A stretch of 59,739 nucleotides of DNA, counting the filler, from Dimargaris cristalligena (Eukaryota): assembly GCA_003614675.1 (NCBI GenBank). It is 4 parts of 4 records of this genome, joined end to end, with 100 filler letters (N's around TTAATTAATTAA, not from the genome) between each part and the next. Parts side by side here need not be neighbours in the genome. Positions count along the whole stretch, not along the records: positions 29,939 to 44,801 come from ML002929.1; positions 44,902 to 59,739 come from ML002930.1; 2 more parts are not named here. The stretch is one strand, 5' to 3'. Below are positions 36,701 to 48,683 of this stretch, in pieces. The notes under the pieces were generated by a model that searched no databases, was not told the DNA's origin, and was given only the letters and a program-made list of their open reading frames with translations. A program made the translations under genes and the position numbers. Position 1 is the stretch's first letter. The number at the start of each line of letters is the position of its first letter.

Positions 36701-37227
36701 ACGTACGCGAATGCCTACGACAAACCCTGACGACTCACCAGGAGAAGTTGCTCATCGAGTTCGACCGTATTCTCAAGGACTATCGGGAGCACCAGTCGGA
36801 ACTGCACAACAACCTCGTCACCATCATGGCGGAGCGCGCCCAATTCCACGGGAAAACGATGCAGGCCACCGACTGGGATGTCAAACAGGCGGGACCCAAG
36901 GACTTCAGCCCCACCCCGAATATGGAACTGCTGGTCAAGGAAACTAAAACGCTTCACAAGGTGCTGGGGCGGTATCTGTCCATTGACATTCTGCAGAGTA
37001 TCATGTCCCAGGTGTTGCGCATGTACTCCCAGAAACTCATGGCGCAGATTCAGGAGGTGGATATTACAACGGCCCAGGGTAAACAACGGCTACTGGCCGA
37101 TGTGCAGTATTTTATCGAACGGTTATCGACGTTGGATCATGTCGAACCGCCCAATAATAGCCTGGAAGTATTGGTCAATAACATTACAATCGGCGCGAAG
37201 CCCCGGCCGCCTTTGCCGAGTCGATAA
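33757..37227 (+). CDS. VPS54: GARP complex subunit Vps54, 1156 aa
   Basis: LDVVEQRLTNEIGQRSGAFFNAL, FHMERTKQL..IESDQW and FNSRTCQVILGAGAIRSAGLKSITAKHIALASQSL. Single long ORF. Confidence 0.95.
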   Translation: MATSQPPDQSRSPANGHLNTITLSPSRRLSVSQRARHTIALGKLQGSSWPKSEGGSRPGTPGGEGSSLLRTTVPTTSSSLPSLSPPEAARPQSLPPPRTKPAKLTTSEEQRPPTAGGSRGRTLTDYLNLPEWHNRDISLNSIAGVINNPMARSGASSKISKSDLPVVPVTTYRKVRASDFDEYLGKISRHFEQYEQTKQHRAEQAIIDAEPIPAPSILLSGSSKEGDGSPAPANSNSAKPPDKAGLQLEDVPRVFYQSELDLTDPDQFRLLCTTLGQVGIVDSPEADSRGRVPLPVLTPEFISRSQDYITQCLDVVEQRLTNEIGQRSGAFFNALSTLQNLHEETDKCVEKIHSLRGMLANVSELHCGTGRSLLRLRQRKQNLLHLQDAIGVLQELRAVLDHITILVQQDDLTGALHLLCDAQVAAAKYRESGATDTPNLTRVRAFKELTSELSATAQSVRLVVQQRFPLVITKRLDQLWRSVTIESVSSVMPFYSDELPRISTLPPSIWTETEAQLDAALTPYLTALRRSGQVESALRGLRDPLINEVTQLLIQLWSSSFPELLGRIGLAKSSSNPVTSPNSADPSVTGVPVDPQPWMAEVTTMTFDRFLEWLFQLFAAFLLVVKYTLVVRDVCVAAMEPNSPGIAELNAMVEALLDLAHVRCAQVVSHRSDQNSQLDLKAFYRLYAVSWAYIYEMEECTTKTCFGIRGTLVAQCKAFLSHFHMERTKQLIMLIESDQWVQKGVPIDFQHMVDKIVASSTRRPESTLLNSKRGSLSTKSEVGGESVTDGDTSSRVSGEGGPPHTSPPESGRVRNVPPLLVLEIDSDTPKESRNRDSVARKKANRASVDSISSLLLSGTPDSWYFDPDLLPVGPNNENGGPAAAPDTHKFLVIRGQNFHVVGCSLMLLKMVIDYIQCSANIQILATDVLHRVIEIFKLFNSRTCQVILGAGAIRSAGLKSITAKHIALASQSLGLVITLLPYVRECLRQTLTTHQEKLLIEFDRILKDYREHQSELHNNLVTIMAERAQFHGKTMQATDWDVKQAGPKDFSPTPNMELLVKETKTLHKVLGRYLSIDILQSIMSQVLRMYSQKLMAQIQEVDITTAQGKQRLLADVQYFIERLSTLDHVEPPNNSLEVLVNNITIGAKPRPPLPSR

Positions 37228-38190
37228 TTGTATCCCTTCATCACCTCCCTCTCTCTATTTATCTCAGCCCCAAATGGGGAATGATGGCCGGCTTAAAAAT
37301 TTATTGTGTAATTGTAAACTGCGACTAAACTGATCGAGCATCCTTGTTTTTTTGGTTGGCTGGCGATCACCTATTTAAAAATATCAACTCTAAATATATA
37401 ATGATACGCTTTATAAATACACACACCACGCTCTAGACCCATTCAAAAAGTAAGTTTTCGTAAAATTGAACCCGAGGTATACAAAGGGCCTTTTGGAAAA
37501 TAAACGAGGGGTGTCCATAACACTAAGTGCCCCAATGGATGATCATGCTAAATCTGTTATGTTATTCGAAAAATGGGCGCGTCTAAATAGTTGGGTGGTG
37601 TGGAAATCATTGTCATTAGAGAATGGTTTTGGAGAGACTTTGATGAGCGGTTTAAAGCCTCCTTAATTACGCACCAAAGGGATACCCCATCTTTAGTCAA
37701 GCCACACACATTCGAAATGCTGCCAGCTTCTTAGGGTCATTGGCTTTGTTTATTGTGAAGAAAAGGCCACTGCCATTCGCATTAGAACCCCTCAGACTCT
37801 TTACTAGTCGACTGTCACTTACATGGTTTTATAGTGCATGCCCCATCTCTTCCCTTGACGCGTCTTGTAATTGTTCCATTAGCTTTTATGCATTCTCGCT
37901 TGTCTGCTTTCCATTGCCCTTACTTTTCACCCTTCTTCCGACCCAGTTCCTCCGCTGCCGCAGCCAACTCGAGTTTGTCTATAATATTTTAATTTCACTC
38001 TTTGTCCTTTGCTTCCTACTGTTGGCTAAGCGCCCCGTTTCCTTGTCCTTCGCCGTTGGATTCGCTCTCTTTTTGGGCGCACACATTGACCCGCTCATTT
38101 CAACCCCCCCCCCCCTCTGGACACGACTTACACCGATCCTTCTGATATTGCCCCTCCCACTCACTTGCTCGCGTTCAAAATCAGTACAAC

Positions 38191-41100
38191 ATGGTTGCGA
38201 CCCCTCAGCGCCGTTCTACGCGCACCCGGCCCGTAGCCGCCACTCCTTCAACTACAGGTAAGTCAATGGCTCGTAGCCTGCTGTGGGGGTGCCCCTAGCC
38301 ACCCTTTGCCTGAGCCCTTGTTACACAGGTCCAACTCTATATGCCCTATGGGTTATCCCCAGGGCCAAATTAATGCGATACTTGCCCATTAGCTCCATTC
38401 AGCAAGCACTCTATGCAACACTATTATTTATCCGCCCCTATGGGCGCTCTATGTTTTTCCTATATTAATCCGCCCGCTTACGTGTTATATCCCCCTCAAT
38501 TACTGGTAAATAGCCAACGGACATGCTGCTACCGATAAGACTGCCGCTGCTGAACTCTCCTCATCCAGTCTGACCGACCCCGAATTGGAATCAGACAGCG
38601 ATGCCGCGCCGCCGCGGGAAACCCCCCGCTCCACCCGAGGTAGCCGGCGGGGACGGGGACGTCCCCCTACCAAGGGCCGGGGTGGAACTCCTCGAATTAC
38701 ATCTACTCGGACGGACCCCGGGTTGGACAATGGTGACAGCAGCGAAGACGAGCCACCCGCTCGGGGCCGTCCCCGTGGTCGGGGAGCCAAGCGGGCTCGG
38801 CATAGCTCGGCCGCTGTCACCAAAAGCCTCTGGGATATCGATAGTGTCTCCCAAGTCCCGGCCCAACCGAGCACGCGGGGCACAGCCAAGCGCCGCCGCG
38901 GTGGTGCCTCCAACCGGGTCTCGACCAGGGGAGAACCCCCGGCGACTCTCCTCGATGATGCCGAGTCCGTTTTATTCGAAGCCATTATGGACAAGGAGAC
39001 GGCCTTAGCCTCGGTCGTTTCCGACTGGATCGATTCCTACAGCAGCGATGCGTCAGCCGCCCTTCTAGACCTAATCAACCTGATGATTAGGGCCTGCGGT
39101 TGCCAATTGGGCATCGGCGGATCGAACTTACACGAAGAAGATGTGGCCGTGACTGTCCTAACGGACCTCCAAACCCGCCTCAAATCGGATACCCCTGTCG
39201 ACTTTCCTATGCAGTCCAAATCTAAAATCTACAAACGGTTCGCAAAGAACTGTCTCGATTTCTTCGGTCGGCTGCTCCAACAGGGTCAGCATGTCCTGGT
39301 ATACCGGGGTGAGTTTATGGACACGTTCGGTCTTTGGTTGACCCTTATGACGGGATCGTCGTTTCGACCGTTCCGTTACACGGCCACCCTGATTGCCTTA
39401 ACCAGTATTTCCACCCTTTGCGAACTGAGCCAGGGCGTTCAGGCCAATCTGACCACCACCCATCGCCAGCTTAAGACGGAGCAACAGAAGCGTCGGCGCT
39501 CGGGGGCGGGAACCAACCAAGGGCGACTCCAGCAGCTTGAGCAAACGGTGGCTAATTTAAACAGCCAGGCGAGTACACTGGCCCAACTTACCGACAAGTG
39601 GTTCGCGGCCGTCTTTACCCATCGTTACCGTGACATGGATCCCCATATTCGCCAGGAATGTGTCAAGGCACTGGCCAACTGGATCAGCAAACTGCCTAGT
39701 CGGTTCCTGGAGGACAAATACCTACGCTTTATCGGATGGATGTTGTCGGATAAGGTGGCTGCGGTTCGCCAAGAGGCGGTCGGTGCCCTTATCCACCTCT
39801 TCAACCAGCCAGCTCTGCTCCCCGGTTTGTACCATTTCATTAAACGCTTTGAAGGGCGGCTCGTGACCATGGCACTCTACGACGCTGATGTGACCGGAAC
39901 TCGCTTGGGTGCCCTTGAGCTGGTTGCCCTCCTTTGTCAGCAGGGTTTGGTTGAGGGTGGAGTTGCTGACGTATTCACCCATATGGATCGGGTAGAATCG
40001 ACTGCAAATGAAGCAGGAGCCCCTGCCCATCCCGAGGATGTTTCCAACACGGACGGTGCCGACACTATTAACGATATTGCCAAGCGCGTTCTTGCTCATT
40101 ACCGTATCACCCAGACCCAGACGTCGGGTCAAGATTCCACCTACTGCGTCTGCCAAGCCCGCTCCGGCGATCCCCATACGTTTGACTGTACTGACCAGCA
40201 AGTGGTCCGCCGAATTCTGCAGGAGAACCCCCTTCAGGTGTTCTTTATCCCACTGCTTTTTAATAGCCGCCCCCGAGTCCGCCAAGCGGTGGCCCCTCTG
40301 GTGGCCTGGTGGGTGACCAGTTATTGGCTCCCGGCCTTCGCCAATGCTGAATTGGGTAGTGAGGATGATCCCCTGGGACTTGAAGTGGCCCTATCCAGCG
40401 AGTCAGAAAGCGAAATCAGCGCGGACGATGACAGCGCCGATGAGGCGTCGGAGCCCGAAGAAACCGTTGATTCTACCCAGCGTACCGCGGAGGGGACTTT
40501 GACTTGGCGGGCGTTGGGAACGCTCTCCAAGCGCCAGGAACGTAAATTCCGACTCTATAAGACGCTGACGCTGCTCCTAGAGGCGTTTACCCGACCCGAC
40601 GCCCCTAGCCCTGACGAATCACCCTTGGCCGGGGCCATTCATTATGACGATATCCAGGTGGAGGAACTCACTGGCCGGGCTCAAACCGCCTTTAACCTGC
40701 GGGTCTGCGCCGCAACCGCGGCTCTGACTTCAGAAGTGCCCGAATTGGTGGACTGGAAGGCTCTTTGCACCTATGCTACTCTGGATCATTCCTATTCGTC
40801 CCATACGGAGCCCCCACCAACAACCGTGCCGGTCCCCGAGACTGTCGCCCCCAGTTTTGCCGGTGGTCGGTCGGCCCGTCGGCGTAAGCCTACTCGCCCG
40901 ACTCCCGCACCTGCCCCAGTCCAGTCGGCTCCGACCGCCAGTTACCAGCGGTGCTTTTGGCTAACAGAGGCCCAGGAGTCGGTATTTCTGGATTTCTTTG
41001 TCGAATGCCTCAAGGCGGTTTGTGGTATGGAGGGAACTGCGACTAATAGCACCCAAGCCACCATTCTAGCTGCCGGTTCCGCCACCGGGGCCGGTGTGGC

Positions 41101-43644
41101 TGCCTCCGGTGGCGTTCATACGTCTACTAAAGGTAATGCCCGGGAACGCAAGCGTCAAGCCGAATACCTACAGGAACAGGAAAGTAACTTGAATCAACTC
41201 AGTCAGCGCCTAATCGATGTAATCCCGAGCCTACTCGCCCGGTACCGGGCCGACGCCAATCGTATCTCCAAAATCCTATGTTTAGTCACCGACGGTATCC
41301 TGCGCCTCGATGTTTTCCTAGAGGTCCGTAAAGTGACTGGTCTGCGTGAACTAGCCACCGAAACCAAAATGCTATACTTTAACCACGGTTCCCCCTTGGT
41401 GCTCGACCAAACCCTGGCAGCTTTCCGTCTGATTCTCAATAATACGCTGTTGGGCGAGGGCGAGGGCGGTGATACCGACGGGCAGTCACTGCGCCACGCT
41501 AACGAATCAGGTGATGAACCTTCCACAGCCACGGCCCCACTATTGGCCAAGGCCGCGATGGCGGACATGGTTAAATCTATGTTGGATCAGGTGTACGACC
41601 TGTGTCTTCAGATCCACCGGCTGGACGTCAGTCAGCCGCTGGCTGTGACTATTGCCCAGCATCCCGATGGCACTTTGGTGGCCCATCTTACGACGGCCCT
41701 GTATCGACTCCATCAACTCGCCAAATTGGGAAATTTGGAGCTGCTGAATTTCCAACCATCACCCCGGTCACTCGGGGAGGGCCAGACTGATGCTTCGATG
41801 GACGAGGAGTTACCCACCGAAATTACTGACCTGCTTCCGACCGTTGGCTCCTTCCTCGCCACCCTGCTACAATTAATCACTTGGGATGAGCGAATTCCGT
41901 CTACTCTAGACCATTTGAACCTAGCCACTATTTCCGCGTTGGCTTTGCAAATCCTCAATCAGCAATTCGTGTGGCTCGTGGGGCATGTCCAGAGCCAGTA
42001 TCAACCAGCTGTAAATGATGATGGACCATCGGATGCCCTGGGCGATCCCACTACAGTGGCCGGCCTTGCCGTTCTGCAAAAGTACATTTTTCAGCAGAGC
42101 CGAGCCTGGCTGGAGGGTGGCGGCAGCGATACCGCCGGTGAGGGTGTTTTGGGCTACCGCCTGATCCAACATGACATTTTCCAAACCCACTGCCAGTTGC
42201 TGTGGCTCCTCAGCGGGGATATCACCCACCCCCAGGTATGCCCCCCTCTGGTGCCCCTCCGAGTGGGGGTCGATGCGACTACCCGGGAGGAGTTTGGCGG
42301 ATTTATCCAATCTACCTTGGCCCACTGGCTCGACGTGGTTGACAGTCCGGTCGGGGAGGAGGAAAATGAGGAAGGGGAGGAGGGCGGTGAGCGGCCCCGC
42401 CATGAACTGGACCGCCGCTTGCTTCTCCAGGCCCGGCAATCTGTGGCTAGCTACCTGCAAGGATTCACCCTAGATATTTTTACCGCAGACGATGCGGTGC
42501 CCCTGCTGACCCACTACGGCTTGCTGGATCCGGTGTATGACGATATGGTGAAACTTACCTGCGAGCAGCTGGCCCAGGCGGCCCCCCCGGTGGATCGAGT
42601 GACTCTGAACGAGCACTACGAAATTCTCAAACAGCGTCAGCACTTAATCGGGCTGTTTGCCACAGCTGGTACCAGCTCCTTTGACCTATGGTTGAACCGC
42701 TGCCGGCACCGGGCCAATCCAACTGTGTCGCTGGCCCGGATGCTTGCCCAGAGTTTGCGGACAATGAAAGTCAGCCACCCCAATCTGCCACCCGTTATCG
42801 GAGCTTCGGATCCACTGGCGACTCCCCGCCAGAACCCCCATCGGGTCGATCAAGCGGATGATGCCAACCATGGTTCGACCACTCTGAACCCCACCCCACA
42901 GCAGCAGCTTTACCAACTCAATCGGGTGATCACCTCAGCAGTGACTAAGCTCCACCAGGAGGGCATTTCCTACGCCCTCACCAAGTACAAGGGGTACCAA
43001 CGGCTCGAGAATTCGACCGCTGCCGTCCACACTCTCAAATTCTTCAAGGCATTGGTCCCTTTTATTACGGGACTTATCACCCCTTTTCAGGCCGAATCCA
43101 TTAAGCTTTCCGCCGCGGACATTGCGACGACCAATGAAATTGAAATTCCCAACACGGAGGGACAGCTACAAAATACTGATCCGACGACAGCCGGTGATGG
43201 GGAAACGATGGCGGGGCCCGACCGTTCGGTGAAGGACTGGGACGCGTACCACCACTACCTCAAGCAGCTCCAGAAGGTGATTGACAAAAGTGCCATGGCC
43301 CAAATACCGGTGTCCACCCCGGCCGTATCGATGGCGCGGATTCCGACCAAACTTACCGACCAGGGCCCCGAGACCCCGACTAAGCAACCCGCCCGCCGGA
43401 ATCTCAAGCGGCAGCTGGATGAGGATAATGGCGACGATATGGATGAAGATCATCCTCCGAGCGACAACATGTTGGGGGGGGCGACGGTAATTCCGACGAT
43501 ATCCTTAAACCCGTCCCGCTGGTCGATCCTGTTATGGAGGAAGACCAAGAAGCTGAGCCAGATAACTTGATGGACGAAGATGACCCCGTTAGTGAGACAT
43601 CCCAGGACGAAGAGCCCGAGATCCCGGAGTCGATTGAAGAATAG
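38191..43644 (+). CDS. SCC3: Cohesin subunit Scc3/STAG (exon 38191-38257, exon from 38514; apparent frameshift at G8 43474-43481; literal stop 43570, likely true stop 43644)
   Basis: STAG/SCD motifs SSFRPFRYTATL and VFTHRYRDMDPHIRQEC..FLEDKYLRFIGWMLSDK. Phase-1 intron 38258-38513 (GTAAGT..TAG) links ATG 38191 in frame to the 1661-aa ORF. Confidence 0.9.
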
Positions 43645-44801
43645 AAGTAACTGTCGGTTTCTTTTTTTAGACCGCCATTGTGCTTGATCTTAGGTTGCTC
43701 AACTTAACTTGCTGTTAGAGTTCCCCTTGGACAGCTTCTCCGTCACCTATTTTGGGTGCGAATAGTTGCCATCGGGCTATTATATATTGTGTCGACATTA
43801 CCCTAAGCTAAAGTACCACGAGTCGAAGCAGGAGGACTCGCCATAACAAATTATTGCTTTACCATTTTTCTTGTCCTGGATTAGTCCCAAATACTTGGGT
43901 ACAAATTAAAACCGGGGTTTCTTTCTTTTATTTTCACTTAATATTTTTAGTACTATTAACCGACATAAATGATGATGTATTATACCTTACTCATGGGAAC
44001 TATGAAGGCCTAAACCCCGCTACCCACCGCCGGAGGTCTGCAGTTACGTTCGGGCCCTAGGTTTTGCTGATGTAGGGCGCTACGAGGGGACCCTTGCACG
44101 GAAGGTGGCAATGTCCGCCAGGTTCCAGTCCTGTTGATCATACGTAATTTACCAGACTTCAGTCTACTCTGTTTCCCAGCGTACTCTTTGGTTAGTAATA
44201 ATCCAAACCATCGTTGGTTGCGACTTCACCTTGGCTTGGCCCTAAAAGGCCCCGCGGTTCGGAGTATTTGAATCAGGCTAATTGAATTAGTCTGATTTGT
44301 TAGTTACCTCTGGCTCTATAGCCAATCGACTAAAAGCCATTTCCCTCTCATCACTACCACTGCCCTATTAAACCGCATTGCCTCACCTTCGTTTATATCA
44401 CCACCCTTGGTGGCCATTAAAATGTTAGCTTCGACTTGAAGTTTGGAGTTAATTAGCGTATGAAAGCGAGCAGCGCGTATCCTTCTTATCTAACTGCGAC
44501 AGCTAGTACGGCCACCCTCGTATCCCCTGATCCACGGGTGCTTTCCTCCGATGTCCCCAACTGTATCCGTCGGGGTTTCTCCCTAGGACAACCCTAACAC
44601 ATTCAAGTAGATACGAAGACCAGCGGTAGTTATTAAGGCCTCGAGAATAACTCCCGCTCTAGTTAGTTGGAATAGGATGTATGTTTGGGCCACAGGCGGT
44701 GTGGTAAGCCCGACGCCTCCAACAGCCCCGCATCCCCTGGCCAGATGTGCGCGTTTCAGATGAATCCAGCCCCCGTCACTGCAGCGGTTTCCCCACCCCC
44801 C

Positions 44802-44901
44802 NNNNNNNNNNNNNNNNNNNNNNNNNNNNNNNNNNNNNNNNNNNNTTAATTAATTAANNNNNNNNNNNNNNNNNNNNNNNNNNNNNNNNNNNNNNNNNNN
44901 N
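44802..44901. other. Artificial contig spacer N44-TTAATTAATTAA-N44
   Basis: Identical to the other two spacers. Confidence 0.98.
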
Positions 44902-44922
44902 CCCTACCCACCCTCCATAACC

Positions 44923-46956
44923 ATGTTTCGCGGCCTCAGGGCGTCTCGCCGGCTAATTCGCCCCTCTATAGTCTGCCCCAGGGCTACTCGAGGCCTGATC
45001 TCCTCCTTTAGGCCGGCTTCTACCTCCACCTCCACTTCCGCCCCGCCGAGGCCCACCGCGAGAACTCGGTCCCCGCCCCTCTGGCTGGCTCTAGTGGGGA
45101 TAGTCACCGCTGTTGCCCTTTACTACGAGCGGGATCGTGCACCCCTATGGGGAAGTCCCGTGTTGGCCCACAGCGAAGTCGCCACTAGCCGTGAGCTGTG
45201 TTTACTTGTTCTCCATAACGATATACCCGCCCTCAAGCGCTATCTGGATACCCACGCCAGCTCCGAGCTGGACGCTGCCATCGCTGCCAAATCTACTTTG
45301 ACCGATATCCCCCCACCCGTTGCTGCCGAGTCGCCCTCCCCAGACGCCCAGCGCCGCGCTTATCTGGTAAATTCCCGCCATCCGCTGGGCTGGACTCCGC
45401 TACTGGTGGCCTGTGCTAACGGAAACGCAGCCATGGTTGAATTCCTCCTTCAAAACGGCGCGGACCCCAACCTGCAGGACGAATACCAGGCCTCGGGCCG
45501 GCACTCCTACCACGAATTACGCGAGCTGTACTTGGCCCGTGAACGCGAGTTCTGCTCGCTCATTTACCCCTCCGCCCCGACAGCCGGATTTTCGGTAAGT
45601 TCATGTCCCCCTAGCCCACCATTTCCCTACCCACTCACTGGACACAGAAATCCCATGCCCTTGTTGCGCCAGCCCGACTAATTAAATCGCCCGACAGCGT
45701 TCCCATCCTACCCCTTCTCCCTGCATGAATAGCCCCTCCACTACGCCTGTGTCCAGGGAAATAGTACTATTATCCAGCGCCTTCTCCAGGCCGGGGCCGA
45801 TCCCCGTATCCAAGATATGAACGGCCATTTATGCAAAGACTACCTAGATGAGGACCTACCCGACTACAAGGCTCTACTCCGAAGCATGGCCGAGCATGAG
45901 AACCGCCTGGTGGCCGAACGGAAACGCCGGGCGAAGGAGTTACGCCGAAAGTACCCCCTGGAGGAGCAGCTCAAAGAAGTGATTGTAGGTCAGTTGGCCC
46001 CCATCAATGCCGTCGCCTCTGCTATTCGCCGCCGGGAGAACGGCTGGCACGATGAAGACCGTCCGCTGGTGTTCCTCTTTCTAGGCTCCTCGGGAGTGGG
46101 CAAAACCGAGCTGGCCAAACAGGTGGCCAAGTATATTCACAAGGACGACAAAGATGCCTTCGTTCGGGTCGATTTGTCGGAGTTCCAGTCCAAACACGAA
46201 GTGGCCAAATTCATTGGCTCCCCCCCGGGCTACGTGGGCTACGATGAAGGGGGGCAGCTCACCGAAAAGCTGGCCAAATGCCCCAACGCCGTGGTACTAC
46301 TGGATGAAGTGGAAAAGGCCCACCCCGACGTCTTAACCATCATGCTGCAGGTGTTCGATGAGGGTCACCTAACGGACGGCAAAGGGCAGACCGTCGACTG
46401 CAAAGATGCCATTTTTATCCTTACCTCCAATCTGGCGCAGCACGAAATCGCCGACGAAGCCGAGTCCCTTCGTGCCGACGCCCGGGAACGGGGGACTACT
46501 GCGGGCTTCAACGACGAATCCACCAGCCTATCCCGCAAGTTTATCAACACGACCATCTACCCCATCCTTCGGGGCCACTTTCAGCGGGACGAGTTCCTGG
46601 GCCGTATTAACGAAATTCTCTTCTTCCTTCCCTTCAACCAAACCGAGTTGCACCGAATTGTGATCAAAGAGTTACAGAGGTGGGCCCAGAAGGCGCAGAG
46701 CCGCCACCACATCCAGCTATCCTGGTCGGATAGTGTGGTCGATCTGCTCAGCGAGGGCTACAATATCCGGTATGGCGCGCGCAGCATCAAGCACGAAGTT
46801 GAAAAGCGAGTAGTGAACCAAATCGCCAAGGCCCACGAGCTGGATGAAATCGGGGAAGGGAGCTCAGTGTACGTTTATGAGGAAGACGGAACCATTCGCC
46901 TCAAATTCACCAAAGCCCCCACACCGGCTCCTAGTAAGCGGGGTTTTTTCTCTTGA
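44923..46956 (+). CDS. CLPB: Mitochondrial ankyrin-repeat AAA+ disaggregase, CLPB/Skd3 type (2 exons: 44923-45594, 45733-46956)
   Basis: Arg/Ser-rich presequence, hydrophobic segment LWLALVGIVTAVALYY, ankyrin repeats (HPLGWTPLLVAC..GADPN; GFS|PLHYAC..GADP across phase-0 intron 45595-45732), and a single ClpB-NBD2 domain (GSSGVGKT, PPGYVG, LLDEVEKAH, EFLGRINE, YGARSIK). Confidence 0.93.
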
Positions 46957-47018
46957 TCTAGCGGCTAGATAATTGGAGCTCTTTATTACCGCTCCGTATT
47001 ATATTTCTTAAAAGAATT

Positions 47019-47025
<7 letters not shown>

Positions 47026-47050
<25 letters not shown>
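47026..47050. repeat. (AG)n microsatellite
   Basis: Read directly. Confidence 0.95.
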
Positions 47051-47409
47051 AGGTGTGTGTGTGACGTACAGTCCAGAGCTTTCCTGGATACTACCGCGGA
47101 TTCACAGATTTTAAGTGCAGCAATTGGGGATCTATTAATATTCTTAAGCTTGAAGGCATACGAACTTCCCCGTTTTTCCACCCTGACCCAATTAGAAATG
47201 CATAGTACCAAGCTGGAGGTCAGTCGAATGAGGAGCCTCAATTATAATAAAAAAAATTCGCTGAGTAACCGAAAAAAAAGGTTTATTGACAAGATAAGGA
47301 AGGGGTGACTGTTTAAAAGACCCCGCTGATTAACAGCCGGGGAGAAAGAGGGTAGCGGGTGAAACCCGCGGGCTAGATGGCCCCTTACCCTAAGCAAGGC
47401 CCCGTGGAT

Positions 47410-48683
47410 TTAATCCTCCTGAGTGGGGGAGCGGGAGCGGTCGGCTGGGGGCAACGGGGAGCCCGACCGGGGGCGGTCGTGGTGGGACTGGGAACGCGAG
47501 TAGCTTCGATCGCGGCGGGCCCGTGGTGACGGAGAGCGGGAACTGCGGCGACCCGGGGAGGGGCCACGGGCCTCAGGAGGGGGCGAGCGGGAGTAACGAT
47601 GCCCTGGAGAGGCCGAGCGACGAGGGGGCGACTGAGAATAAGAGCGGGAACGCGGACGGCGACGCTCCATCGATCGGCGTGGGGAGGGGGAACGGGATAG
47701 GCGTCGCGGGCTACGCTCGGAACGGCGGTACGAAGGAGACCGACGGCCGCCCCCACCGCCTCCAGAGCGCCAGGCAGTGTTGGGGGCGTTTTTGGCCCAC
47801 TGGATGCTCAGGGGACTGCCGTCGACGCGGCGTCCATGCATTTCGTTATAGGCGTCATCCGCATCGCGGGGATCCTCGTATTCTATAAAGGCAAAGCTAG
47901 AATAGGAGACGAGGGATAGGGGTAGGTAGGGATCAGGGCAGACCCGAAGAGGGACAGGTAACGAGAATCCCAGGTGGAAAACACAGCCGAATCGAATGTC
48001 GGCAGGCGGGTCAGAAACACGGCGCGGGAGACAAATGGGATGGCAGGCAGATGAGGGGGAACGAAAAGGGGGGGTTAGGCGGAGTATGCGACGGGAACTG
48101 TGTGTGGCCGGCTGGTGCGACGACTAAGGTGCGCAAGCGGGCGGGTGGGTCGGGGTTAATACAGCGGGGTTTAGGAGGACTCGGAGAAGGTGGCTACTAT
48201 TGCCTGTCAAAACAACAGACAAAGGCCGGCAATAAAGAAACGGAAGACAAATAAGGGTTATGTGCGTGAAACAGGAGTGGAAGCAGCCGACAACGCGCGG
48301 AAGGACGCGTTCTGGCTCAACGGCAGTCGGCTCAGCGGAAGCAGTTGTGCAGTGCAATATAGCTTAGGATAGGGTAGGTGGAGGGGCTTACACTCGGTTG
48401 GAGCCAGGGCGGGGGGCCGGGATATCGCAGCGGACCAGGCGACCGTAGCTAGGGACGGAGGAATAGGTTCGACAGAGCAACAAGCAGGGGGTTTAGAAGA
48501 GGAATCGGATAGTTTTCATTGGCATTATTTCTGAGAGTAATTGTGGCCAGCCGAACCGAGTAGGGCGTTATTAGGTGGTGAAAAACACGGCTAGTTCGCT
48601 TACCGTTCGAATTCGTATGCCAGGTCGCGCGCACGGACCGACGGGCTGAAGCCAGCGACGAAGAGAGTACAGCGGCGAGACAT
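47410..48683 (-). CDS. SR splicing factor, single RRM + RS domain, Srp1-like (exons 48683-48604, 48448-48392, 47896-47410)
   Basis: Spliced product MSRRCTLFVAGF..DLAYEFERYGRLVRCDIPAP..VFAFIEYEDPRDADDAYNEMHGRR followed by RS/SP repeats. Both introns are GTAAGC..TAG with compatible phases. Confidence 0.92.

Noticed and set aside
30084-37227. VPS10 next to VPS54 as a trafficking gene cluster
   Set aside because: Two housekeeping genes with no evidence of conserved linkage; likely coincidence.
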